Assembly: GCF_006345805.1 (NCBI RefSeq)
Contig: NC_043022.1
Location: 7,874,001 to 7,938,000 of the forward strand
From: Octopus sinensis
Taxonomy: Eukaryota
Length of the DNA: 64,000 nt
Reading direction: 5' to 3'
This document shows positions 1 through 10,940 of the stretch, in pieces. A program made the position numbers and the translations under genes. The notes under the pieces are model-generated. The model was not told where the DNA came from. It worked only from the letters and a program-made list of their open reading frames with translations, and searched no databases. Every line of letters starts with the position of its first letter. Positions within the stretch are counted from its first letter, which is position 1.

Positions 1-133
1 CGTCAACCGACTTTTTATCCAAAGTCATTGCGATTTCGGCGCTGTTTTCTATCCTTTCCGTTAACTGTCATTTTTGAGTCGTTAACGATTATTTTGATTT
101 TCATTTCTAGCGTTCAGAAACACTTTTCATGAT

Positions 134-356
134 TTGTGTACATATAGACATACAAATATAGAAATATTCGAATGTATGCATCTACAAATATTATATATAT
201 GTATGTATGTATATTATATATATATATATGTATGTATTATATATATATATATATGTATGTATGCATGTATGTATATAGACATATATTTATGTATACGTAT
301 ATGTCTGCATGTGCATATATATATATATATATATGTAATATATGGATATATATATT

Positions 357-389
<33 letters not shown>

Positions 390-752
390 ATATATTTATA
401 TATATATCAGTATATATGTAGATACGAATGTGTGTGAGTTATATGTGTGGTAAATATGTCTGTATATACATGCATAAGTGTTCTGTATATATGTGGATGT
501 ATGATTGATGTGTGGTCTATGATACTATATATGTGTACATATATGTATACATATTCATGTTAATAGTGTCTATATATGTATGTATGCATATATGTATGTA
601 TATATATATATATATATATGCATGCATGTATATATATATATGCATGTATATATATGTATGCATATGTACATATATATATATATATATGCATGTCTATATA
701 TGTATGCATGTGTATATATATATATACATGTCTACATATGTATGCATATGTG

Positions 753-789
<37 letters not shown>

Positions 790-1356
790 ATAAATGTATT
801 TGTATGTGTAGATTTGTGTGTTTGTATGTGTGAGTATGCATGTACAGATATATTAAAGTGTGTACGCATGCATATATATTTGTGTATGTAAATGTATGCA
901 CATTTGTGTGTATATTGCACATGCATAACTGTGCTGATGTACTCGTGTATAAATAGATGGAGATGTATGTGCATGTATAGATGTGTGTAAGTATGCATAC
1001 GTGTACACGTGACTGAAAGTATGTATATATATATAGACGTGTATGTGTATGTACACGTATCAATGTGTTATATATGTCTAGATGTATGTATAAGTATGTT
1101 TGTGTGTGTGTGTGTATATATATATATATCCATGTATATGCATTGTATATATAGATGGCTGTAACTATCTTTGTATGCTCATGTATGTGTAATCGTTGTA
1201 TATGCATATGTATGCATACCTTTGTGCACGTGTATGTATATATGCATGTGATTATATCTGTATTTGTATATATGTGTGTGTATGTCTGTACTTGCATAAA
1301 TTTGTGCGTATATATGTAACATGCATATATGCAAATGTATATCTGTATGTCAATAT

Positions 1357-1398
<42 letters not shown>

Positions 1399-1448
1399 GT
1401 ATATATATGTATATATATATATGTATATATATATATGTATATATATTG

Positions 1449-1480
<32 letters not shown>

Positions 1481-1484
1481 GATG

Positions 1485-1524
<40 letters not shown>

Positions 1525-1552
1525 TAGTATATATATATTATATTTATATATG

Positions 1553-1597
<45 letters not shown>

Positions 1598-1700
1598 GTA
1601 TATATAATGTATTATATATATGTATCTTAATATATGTATATATATAATGTATATATATATATATATATATATGTGTGTTGTATATATGTATGTGTGTGTA
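134..1700. repeat. Compound (TA)n/(TATG)n/(TG)n microsatellite field
   Basis: Directly visible dinucleotide and tetranucleotide repeats; accounts for the YI/CV-rich ORFs in the track. Confidence 0.95.
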
Positions 1701-1900
1701 TATGTATATCGTGGGACGGATACTCGGTAACCTCATGAATGTTACCAGCCCGAAGGGAAGCACGTGTCAGAGGGAGGGGTGGAACAAACGTGATGGCAGA
1801 ATTTGGAGGGGAGGGGTGAAAGGCAATGAGATGCTGAAGTGAGGGCGGGGTGGGGTGGGGGCAGATGGAATGATTTAATCGTAAACACTTCCTGTTACGT
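1690..1900. promoter_or_regulatory. GC-rich island with clustered TF-like motifs and a G-quadruplex-forming tract (candidate cis-element)
   Basis: CACGTG at 1761, GGGCGGGG at 1843, CACTTCCTGT (ETS-like) at 1886, GGG-C-GGGG-T-GGGG-T-GGGGG at 1843-1861. Motif presence only; function unproven. Confidence 0.2.
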
Positions 1901-1911
1901 TAATGAACAAA

Positions 1912-2500
1912 TTATTCTCTCTCTATCTCACCCTCTCTCTCTCTTTCCCTCACACACATACATGCAAACACATACACACACACATACACACATACACACA
2001 TACACACACATACACACACACACACACACATGCATATATATCTCTCTCCCTCACTCTCTCTTTCCATGCGCCCTCTCGTTCTCTCTCTTTCTCTTTCTTT
2101 CTCTCTCTTTCTCTCTCTTGTTCTCTCTCTCTCTCGTTCTCTCTCTCCCTCTCTCTCTCTCGTTCGCACTCTCCCTCGCTCCCTCTCTCTCTCTCTCTCC
2201 CTCACTTTCTCTCCCTCTCTCTTCCCTCCCCCTCCCTCTCTCTCTCTCATTCTCTCCCTCCCCCTCTCCCTCTCTCTCTCTCATTCTCTCCCTCCCTCTC
2301 TCCCCCTCTCCCTCCCTCTCCCTCCCTCCCCATATCTCTCCCCCTCTCTCTCCTTCCCTCCCTTACACACAGAGAAACACGCATCCATTTCTATCTTTCT
2401 TTTTTCTTACTCTGTCTCTTTGTCTCCTTCTCTCTCACAGAAATACTCATGCCTAGCTCTCTCTCTCTCTCTCTCTCTCTCAGCCTCTCTCTCTCTCCTC
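1912..2500. repeat. (CA)n then (CT)n/CCCT pyrimidine-rich microsatellite
   Basis: Directly visible. Confidence 0.95.
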
Positions 2501-2648
2501 TATCCACTTCGTAATATTGTTATTCAAACACGATGTTTCTCTTCTCCACCATTCTTAACAATAACAATTCCACACCAGGTCACCACCATTGCCACTGCCT
2601 ATACTCGAACAAATACATAACAAACATCATCGTCATCAATACCAAAAT

Positions 2649-2862
2649 GGCGGTGAGCTGGCAGAATCGTCAGCATGCCGAACAAAATGCGTAACCACAT
2701 TTCGTTCGTCTTTACGATCTGAGTCCAAATTCCGCCGAGGTCAACTTAGCCTTTCATACTTTCAGGATCGATAAAATAAGTACCAATTGAACACTGGAAT
2801 CGATGTAATCGACTTAACCCTAACCCCAAAATGCCAGCCCTTGTGCCTTTAGTAGAAAAGGT
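2649..2862 (+). mobile_element. tRNA-derived SINE, family A
   Basis: Head GGCGGTGAGCTGGCAGAATCG (A-box-like) and GTCCAAATTCCGCC (B-box-like); body TTTGCCTTTCATCCTTTCGGGGTCGATAAA...AAGTACCAG recurs at about 5789, 7608(-), 21388, 38037, 40756(-), 51037, 57925, 58790 and 60855. Confidence 0.85.
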
Positions 2863-2868
2863 TATTAT

Positions 2869-3323
2869 TTCTCTTTATCACAGATTTTGTTTGAGCCCCT
2901 GGAGTCTTGCATGCGTAGCGGGTTTGCTACCTCCAGCCTACGGTACCATGCTATCCGTTCTTTTCAACTATCTAATACTTTCCTGATTATTCTGGCCGTG
3001 CCAAGGAGGCAAACCTTTTGTAACAGTCCTGCCGGTCACTCTATTCCAATTTCCTTTATATTCCCCTTGATGCCTTCTGATACTGTTCCCAAGGACTCAA
3101 CAATAATTGGCACTATCTTCACCGTCTTTATTTTCCATAGCCGGGCTATTTCGTACTTACGAGGGTTGTATTTATCTATCTTTTCGCCTTCCTTATTGAC
3201 TATTTGTGGGTCTAAGGGACATGCAACATCAACTATATGTTGAGCACCTTGTCCACCACTACCAGGTCCGGTTTGTTATGCTCTAGCAACTGACCTGTTT
3301 GGATTGGGAAATCCCAGAGGATC
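2869..3323 (-). mobile_element. R4/Dong-like non-LTR retrotransposon, 5'-truncated fragment (restriction-like endonuclease C-terminus plus 3' UTR)
   Basis: Minus strand reads ILWDFPIQT...KPDLVVVDK...IVDVACP...EKIDKY...YEIARLWKIKTVKIVPIIV..LGT...LLQKVCLLGTARIIRKVLDS, stop at 2964-2966; typical PD-(D/E)xK REL domain; frameshifted. Confidence 0.85.
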
Positions 3324-3350
3324 TATTATTATTATTATTATTATTATTAT
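3324..3350. repeat. (ATT)n = (TAA)n tail/target between the two R4/Dong-like elements
   Basis: Directly visible. Confidence 0.95.
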
Positions 3351-5688
3351 ATTCTATGTTTGACTTTTGCTTTATATTTGTACAAGTTGGCTCCAAGTCT
3401 CACCCAGAGACCTCAAGAGACAACAGGGTTGGAAGTTCATGTTGTTGTTATGCCTAGTGTGCCATATATTTGGGGGGGGGGGGATGTTGTACTAATGAAT
3501 GTCTAAAAAAAAAGGGGGGTTTTTTAAACCGAAAATTATGTTTGTTTTGAACCTTGAGATTACATAGAGAGTATTTTGCGTAGGATATGAGCAGTTCCCA
3601 TGAGCACTATCTTTTGAACTTCTGCCATTTTTGGGTTTCCTGGTATCTGAGTTAGGTAGCTATCAGCCCCTTTTCTATCATTCCCAGGGCACCTATGACA
3701 ACAGGTATGTTTTAGTCTTCAGCTTCAACATTTTGCTGATTTCTATTTCAAGATCTTTATATTTCTCAGTTTTTGTAGGTCTTGACAGATGTTTATATCG
3801 ATTGGGACAGTCATATCAATGAGGAGGCATGTTCTTTGTTTGAAGTCTTTCAATATGATGTCTGGCCTATTTGCATCTATCTTCCTGTCAGTTTGAATGG
3901 TGAAGTTCCAGAGGAGTGAGATGTGGTCATTTTCAAGCACTGGGGGTGGTTTGTTGTTCCCACCAGTTTTTTTTCATGGGCAAATCCAGGTTTTTTACAG
4001 ATTACCCAGTGAATAATTGTGCAGCTCTATCGTGCCTGTTGAGATACTCTGTAGGCGCTAAGAAGACTGCACTTGGAGACCACATGGTCAATGGTTTCAT
4101 TTTGTCGCTTGCATACACGACACGTTGGACTGCTTCTGATCTTTAATATATGTTGGCCTGGTATTTTCTTGTTGGTAGGCATTGATCTTGAGCTGCTATG
4201 ATAAACCCCTCTGTTCAGATTTTAAGCCAGAGGCCATTAGCCATTGATGGGTCAGGGCTTTGTCGATATCTGCATTATTCGCTCTCTTTGGGTAATTGCT
4301 AGAGAGGTTTTTCTTGCCATTTATTATTCAGAATATCTAAGGCCGCAGTTTTTGGCAAACGGTTTTTCATGCGCCTAGCTTTTTCTGTGCTTGTTTCTTG
4401 TATATCTATCTCTAATTCCGAATTGGTTGTATTCGAATTCACTTAGATATTCCTTTGCCTGTTTTGTGACTGAGTATGATGCTTTCTTGTTTTCATGTTT
4501 TGAGACAAGTTTTAACATCCAGTCCTCAGAGTTTTTCAGGTAGGTGTCTAGGCCAATTGTAGCAATTTCATTGTTATTGCCAGTTGCAAAGACCACGGCC
4601 TCCCTCTTTCTTGGCAGATAGAGTCGTTCTGTATCTGCCTTAGGTGGTGCATTCTATGCATTGTTAACAGTTTCCTTATTTTTCTGTCGAGCTGACATAT
4701 TTCTTAATTGACAGTTAACAATATTAAAACTGTAAGTCACGACTGTGTATGGCTTATGCATTGATTGCTTCGATCCTGTTTCTTGCATTCAGCTCTGTCT
4801 TGAGTATTGCTCTCACTCTGCGATAGCATTCTCTCCTGATCCTTTCCTTCATCTCTGAATGCCTTATTCCGTTCCCTTCAATTACCCCTAGGTACTTGTA
4901 GCTCTCCGCTGGGTCTAGTTCTTTTATGACATTCTGTTGGTCAAGGTTAACGTTAAGATTTTCTGTCATTTTTCCTTTGATAAACGTAGCCTTTGCACAT
5001 TTATCGAAGGCCGAATTGCATTCTGATGTCGTCACTGAATTGTTTGACTATCGCTAGTAAGCCCTTGAGTTGTTGATCATTTTTTGCAAAAAGCTTTAAA
5101 TCATCCATGTAAACGAGATGATTTATATTTTTATCAAACATTTATACCCGTACTGCGCGTCATTGAGCAGCCTTGAGAGAGGTATTAAGGATAAACAAAA
5201 GAGGAGTGGTGATAGTGAGTCACCTGGAAAATGCCACACGAAATTTTACATCACCAGCATTTAGGGATTCACTGTCACTGTTCAGAGTTAGTGTGGTTTC
5301 CATGATCTCATACTTACAGTCAAGAAGTTTCGCAGAGTTGTGCTATCTTATACATTTCAAGGATTTCCTAATCCAGCTATGTGGTAGGCTATCAAAAGCC
5401 TTTTATAGTCTATCCAGGCTATTGATAAGTTTTTGTTGGTCGTTTGTGACAATCTTCTAAGATCATCTTATTGATGAGTAGTTGGTCTTTACAGCCGTAG
5501 GATCCACGTTTACATCCTTTCTGTTCATTAGGGAATATGCTGCTGTCTGTTAAAAAACATAGGTATATTCCGTCAGGACAGATGTTAGTGTTTGTACATA
5601 GTTGTTAAGTAGGTTATGGTCTATAGTTTTTTGGTTCATTTGTTTCTTCACTTTTTGGAAGCAGGAATGTTAACCCATTAACTAGCCA
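3351..5688 (-). mobile_element. R4/Dong-like non-LTR retrotransposon (decayed RT, CCHC zinc knuckle, REL endonuclease), cut by the assembly gap
   Basis: Minus-strand motifs GIFQGDSLSPLLF (about 5200-5240), YMDDLKLFAK (about 5090-5115), YKYLG, CRVC-x4-ETIDHVVSKC (about 4070-4125), LLWNFTIQTDRKIDANRPDII, LIDMTVP, VQKIVLMGTAHILRKILSM, stop at 3560-3562; many frameshifts. Confidence 0.92.
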
Positions 5689-5788
5689 NNNNNNNNNNNN
5701 NNNNNNNNNNNNNNNNNNNNNNNNNNNNNNNNNNNNNNNNNNNNNNNNNNNNNNNNNNNNNNNNNNNNNNNNNNNNNNNNNNNNNNNN
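5689..5788. other. Assembly gap (100 N)
   Basis: Run of exactly 100 N. Confidence 1.
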
Positions 5789-5983
5789 ATGCGTTGCCGT
5801 ATTTCGTCTGCCGTTACGTTCTGAGTTCAAATTCCGCTGAAGTCGACTTTGCCTTTCATCCTTTCGGGGTCGATAAATTAAGTACCAGTTACGCACTGGG
5901 GTCGATGTAATCGACTTAATACCTATGTCTGTCCTTGTTTGTCCCCTCTATGTCTAGCCCCTTGTGGGTAATAAAGAAATAGG
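5789..5983 (+). mobile_element. SINE family A, subfamily with alternative 3' tail
   Basis: Family A body followed by TGTCTGTCCTTGTTTGTCCCCTCTATGTCTAGCCCCTTGTGGGTAATAAAGAAATA; the same tail occurs in the minus-strand copy at 40756-40992. Confidence 0.85.
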
Positions 5984-6234
5984 TACCTAACTAGGCATGA
6001 CAATCTTTTGACCACACATGAAGAGAAGACAGACTCAAAACTAAACACACAGTATATCACATTTATATATATGTGCATATGTGTGTGTGTGTAGATCATG
6101 TGATTGACCAGACTATCAGATGTGGTTATACATCGTTGGTCACAATGCACTTTTCAGCTTTTGAATGATGCCAACCTGCTGGCTGAGCAAGCAGGCCAAC
6201 ATTCTCTCTGATTTGTCCGTCAGAGAGTTACCTA

Positions 6235-6382
6235 TTTACATTATTTACATTAGACAAATATTTGTCCTCATCTTGTTTGTTGTTAACACAACATTTTGGC
6301 TGATATACCCTCCAGCCTTCATCAGGCGTCTTCGGGAAATTTCAAACCTGGGTTCTCATTCTTAAGGTATTTTTGTATCTTA

Positions 6383-6424
<42 letters not shown>

Positions 6425-6729
6425 TCACTGCCTGGAATCGAACTTGGAATCTTGGGGTTAGTAGTCCGCGCTCTTAACCACTAATTCATATGCCTGTGGC
6501 ATAGTGGTTAAGAGCTCAGGCTATTAACCCCAGGATTCCAAGTTCGATTCCAGGCAGTGAACTGAATAATAATAATAACAATAACATCGAAAAATACCTT
6601 AGGAATGAGAACCCAGGTTCGAAATTTCCCCAAGATGCCCGATGAAGGCTGGAAGGTATATTAGCCAAAACATTGTGTTAACAACAAATAAGATGAGGAC
6701 AAATATCCGTGAATTGTAAATAATGTAAA
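6235..6729. mobile_element. About 495-bp fold-back element; each arm is a tRNA-like head, (AAT)n, body and hammerhead-like motif
   Basis: 6235-6494 is the imperfect reverse complement of 6498-6729; TAGTGGTTAAG and GTTCGATTCC boxes face outward from the centre; consensus CTGATGA-A-GGCTG..CAGCC-GAAA-CGTT near each arm end. Confidence 0.8.
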
Positions 6730-6929
6730 GAAGAGGATTAGTCATCGAAGTGTTCTACTTTGACTGAAATGCTGTTTTTGTTGTCCCTGATTGCTAAGGT
6801 GTTGTTTGTAAGACTCACTGTTGGTCTCTACAATCCAATTTTGTAATATTTCATATATGCCATGATGAAGATGATGATGATAACGAGGACGATGAAGATG
6901 ATGAGGATGATTTGATGATGTTGGTGGTG

Positions 6930-7125
6930 ATGATGACAATGAGGATGATGATAATGAAGATGATGTTGATAAGATGGTGATTATGATGACAATGATGTTG
7001 ATTGCAAATATGATGATTATGATGATGATGATGATTGGTATAATGGTAGTGATGATGATGATGATGATGATTGGTATAATGGTAGTGATGATGATGATGA
7101 TGATGACGATGTTGACAAAACTGTT
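6930..7125. repeat. Degenerate (GAT)n trinucleotide repeat
   Basis: Directly visible. Confidence 0.9.
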
Positions 7126-7607
7126 GATAAATTAGTACTGATTCATGTCCATATAATCAGGTAATATTGTATTAACCCCACAATACACTGCCCCTCAACC
7201 CCACCGACCCCAACCCCACCGACCCCAACCCCGTTTAACAAAAAAGGAGAAATTCAATTGAAATAAGAGCAATAAAGGAAATGGCTTATATGTTGGCCCT
7301 GGAGGGGGAGTAAAATGGTCTTAATTTTTTAAGAGATTAGTTTGGACTATTGTGAAGCCCTAACAAGCAACAATGAATATGTGTTTTTGTATGTGTGTAT
7401 ATTCATTTATGCATGATAATCTATATATGTTATACACCAACATCATTATCCTCAATCAGCATCATCATAATCATCGTCATTGTCATCATCATCACCAAAC
7501 ATCATCATTGTCATCATCATCATCACCAACTTGCTGCTTTTACTTGTAAAGCTGCAGTTCTTTCAAATTTTGGTAAAAGGCTAAATAGTTTTGAGGAGAG
7601 GGGTAAG

Positions 7608-7771
7608 TTGATTACATTGACCCTACTTTTCAACTGGTTTCATTTTATCGCTCCCAAAAAGGATGAAATGCAAAGTCAACCTTGGTGGAATTTGAACTCA
7701 CAATGTAGAGCCAGAGGAAATGTTTCTAATCATTTTGTCCCAAACCATTAATGGTTCTGCCACCTTGCTGC
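7608..7771 (-). mobile_element. SINE family A, decayed
   Basis: Reverse complement matches the family A head and body (GAGTTCAAATTCCACCAAGGTTGACTTTGC). Confidence 0.75.
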
Positions 7772-7779
7772 TTAATCAA

Positions 7780-7888
7780 CATCATCATCACCATCATCAT
7801 CATCATCATCATCATCACCATCACCATCACCATCATCATCATCATCACCACCATCATCATCATCATCATCACCACCACCACCACCACT
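7780..7888. repeat. (CAT)n/(CAC)n repeat
   Basis: Directly visible; source of the poly-His ORF. Confidence 0.95.
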
Positions 7889-8033
7889 GGAACAATGTAT
7901 AATACAATACCCATTCAACGCTTCTAAAAAATAAATATAATTTTGCTTATATTTATGTTGTTACTGCATTTCAAAAATTTTTTAAAGAAACTATTTATTT
8001 AGTGCTTAAATTTGATGGAAATTGTTGTCAGTG

Positions 8034-8104
8034 GGCAGTTTAGCTTAATGGTAAAGTAAACAGCTGGTCTCTGAGAAACACGGGTTCAAGTCCCATGGTT
8101 GTTT
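8034..8104 (+). pseudogene. Decayed tRNA-like sequence (tRNA pseudogene or orphan SINE head)
   Basis: Cloverleaf spacing fits: TA-GCTT-AATGGTA-AAGT D-arm, 7-nt loop CT-GGT-CT, GGG-TTCAAGT-CCC T-arm; acceptor stem mostly G.U pairs and anticodon stem only 3/5 paired. Confidence 0.45.
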
Positions 8105-8179
8105 GTTGACAACTTTTTTCCATCTTCCAAGGGTAATAATATCCAGTTTTTCTGCTGTCTTCATGGTGATACTGCGTTC

Positions 8180-8312
8180 GAAATATTACTTTCTTGTCTG
8201 TGAAATGAAGTGTTTTGCTCAAGAACACAATGTGTTGCTTGGTCCAGGAATCAAAATCACGATCTTATGATTATGAGTCGAACATGCTAACCATTATGCC
8301 ATGTGCCTCCAC
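8180..8312 (-). mobile_element. tRNA-derived SINE, family D (5' part)
   Basis: Reverse complement GGCATAATGGTTAG...TTGATTCCTGG...TGTGTTCTTGAGCAAAACACTTCATTTCAC matches copies at 20773 and 45585. Confidence 0.7.
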
Positions 8313-8794
8313 TCTAGGAGTGGTGACCTAGATGGGCCCAGCTCCCTTAAACTCTCCGGAACTAACAGGCCAAAGCACTTGCTGACCAGTGGTTCTTCCT
8401 TTGTTGATTTCTCCTGCTGGCCGCTTGTGTCATTGCAAGCTTCTACTTACTATATGCATTCGTCTGTTTTTTTTTTTTTTTTTTATATCTTTTCTTTCTT
8501 TCTCTTAAAAGTATTTGAACTAAAGAAAAAAAAAACCTAACAGTTAAGATTAAATGTTATGAGAAAATGTTAACCAGATGCAATAATATAATAATGTTGA
8601 GAATTTAACTTTGTTAAAATAATTAAATGTCTGTCTCTAACATTAATACATCTTCAGTTACCCACCATGACCACCACCACCTACCTCACTGCAAACATAA
8701 AAAATATTTTAAAGTATCTTAGTCGGTATTGTTGTGGCTTTTTTTTCTTGTTTCTGTTGATATTTTCATTGATGCTACAGTTGTATTATGCTTA

Positions 8795-8834
<40 letters not shown>

Positions 8835-9639
8835 GTGTGTGTGTGTGTTAGTGTGTGTGTGTGCAGTGTGTATATATGTATATATTCATGTATGTATGCA
8901 TGTCTGTTGATATATATGAATGTATGTACACAGACACAAAAACATATGTAAATGTATGTAGATAGTTATATAGATGTATAAATAAACATATGCATAGAAA
9001 TATACATATATATACTCACATGTGTGTGTGTGTGTGTGTATTAGCAAGTATCCATACATACACACACATATTTTTATATGTATATGTGTGTGTTTATATT
9101 TATATATGTGTGTGTGTGTGTGTACACACACATATGCATATATGGAATCATGATTAGTCATAAATTGGAAATTTATGATAATAATGATGCAGCATTCCAT
9201 GTGCACATTACTATGATAGCAACAATGTGCAAACAACTTGGTAGATTCTGAGATCATTCAGATGAAGGGAAGAGGAGAACATGTTGATCCTGTGGAGAAC
9301 ATTTGTTCCCAGTTGCCTGGTCTGTTGCTCCCCATTATAGTCATTCCATAGCACCAAACTAAGTTGATGACAATCGAATGCTGTGCAACCAATGCAACTG
9401 GAAGAGGCCAAAACAACTGAGAATCATCTTCCTACAATGTAAAGCTATGTAAAGGTATATGTATGTATGTATATGTGTGTGTATGTATGTGTGTATGTAT
9501 GTATGTGAGTGAGTATGTCATTATTCAGTTTTATTTTAAGATTTCTTGCCAGTAGAAAAAGAGCCTGTTTCTAATCTAGATCCAAGGCTCCTTCATTGGA
9601 ATTTCAACATCAATAACAGGGTATTTTTGTTATGTAAGT

Positions 9640-9760
9640 ATCTATGCATGTATGTATGTATGTATGTATGTATGTATGTATGTATGTATGTATGTATGTA
9701 TGTATGTATGTATGTATGTATGTATGTATGTATGTATGTATGTATGTATGTATGTATGCA
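9640..9760. repeat. (TATG)n tetranucleotide repeat
   Basis: About 30 nearly perfect units. Confidence 0.97.
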
Positions 9761-9984
9761 TGTATTATGTATGTAGCTATGTATGTATGTGTTTATATAT
9801 ATATAAATTCAATTAGAGATTGTGTTAATATATAAATATGCATATACACACATACATCTACATACATATATACATATATTCATACATGTATACATACATA
9901 TAATAAATATATATATATATAAATATACAATATATATTATATATATATATTTGGTTAATGAGAGAGACGAAAGATGGAAAATAT

Positions 9985-10110
9985 GAGAATATTTATTAAA
10001 CACTAATATTCACCCAAAGAGACACATCTGCTCCAATGGATGTTCCTGAACCAGTTCAGTATCCTACCCATGAGGGATCGATTCTAAATGGTTGAAACAA
10101 TTCTAGTGAT
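9985..10110 (-). repeat. Unclassified dispersed repeat (copy 1 of 3)
   Basis: Reverse complement shares GATCCCTCATGGGT...GCAGATGTGTCTC with 40010-40240 and 56045-56272. Confidence 0.7.
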
Positions 10111-10234
10111 TAATAAATAAGATAAATAAATGAATTATGGCAAATTAAATAAAAATACAAACATGTGTAAATCTACCAACTGCCATCAAACAGTAACAGA
10201 CTAATAATTAAACAGCCTTCCTACCATTCCAAAA

Positions 10235-10940
10235 CTTTAGGGCTCTAACCATAAATGTAGGCATGGTGAAAGGTCCAATGAGATTGTAGAATTGCAAAAG
10301 TGAAGACAAGTAGATGTGTGCTGTGTGCAAGAAGTAAGAGGGAAACGATCCTCAATAAAAGTCCTCGCAGGTAAGAGACATCATCATCATTTATTCCCCG
10401 TTATCCATGTTGCCATGGGTTGGAAGGTTTGACTGGGCTGGCATACCGGAAGGCTGCACCAGGCTCCAGTCTGATTTGGCATGGTTTTCTATGGCTGGGT
10501 GCCCTTCCTAATGCCAACCACTCTGAGAGTGTAATGGGTATTTTTACATGCCAATTGCATGAGCAATGCAAATTCTTCTGAAAGAGTAATAATGAAAGCA
10601 GGGGTGCATTAAGCATACTTTTAGCTGAGAAATCAGTTGATAAAATAATTGTCAGGGCTAGGGCATGCACTGGGATAATGAAATTGAGATTAGCTATAGA
10701 CAACTCAATGGCAACAGTCATCTTTCCATATGTCCTACTGGCAGAATTGACTGAAAAACTGCTTCTATGAGACCCTTTAGTTAACTACCTCAATGATGAC
10801 TGATAGTTATTTCATCGTTGGGGCTGGTAACTTCAATGGACATGATGGTGAATGTGTTGATGGCTTCTGTAACATAGATGGAGACTGGATGTGGTTAAAA
10901 AATGAGGAGAGTGTAAGGTTTCTGGCGTTTTGTGATGGTG
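10235..10940 (+). mobile_element. Decayed RTE-type apurinic-like endonuclease (APE) domain, interrupted by an antisense RTE tail
   Basis: Reads ALTINVG..EIVE..RQVDVCCVQEVR, then after the 10382-10560 insertion KFF...ILLAEK...GAGNFNGH.G...KNEESVRFLAFCD; these resemble APE motifs (QE, GDFN). Confidence 0.75.
10382..10560 (-). mobile_element. RTE 3'-end fragment with (GAT)n tail
   Basis: Matches the 3' UTR of the RTE at 18550-18725 in reverse; similar short tails at about 20586, 22190(-), 39770, 40320(-), 43436(-), 56280 and 63820(-). Confidence 0.85.

Noticed and set aside
134-2620. Long ORFs (up to 245 aa) rich in YI, CV, HT, LS or ER
   Set aside because: They are translations of (TA), (TG), (CA) and (CT) microsatellites that lack stops by composition; the same applies to similar ORFs across the window.
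2815-2830. TAACCC telomere-like motif
   Set aside because: Only two units, inside a SINE tail.
7720-7902. Poly-His ORF resembling a metal-binding peptide
   Set aside because: Pure (CAT/CAC)n microsatellite, with no splice or homology support.
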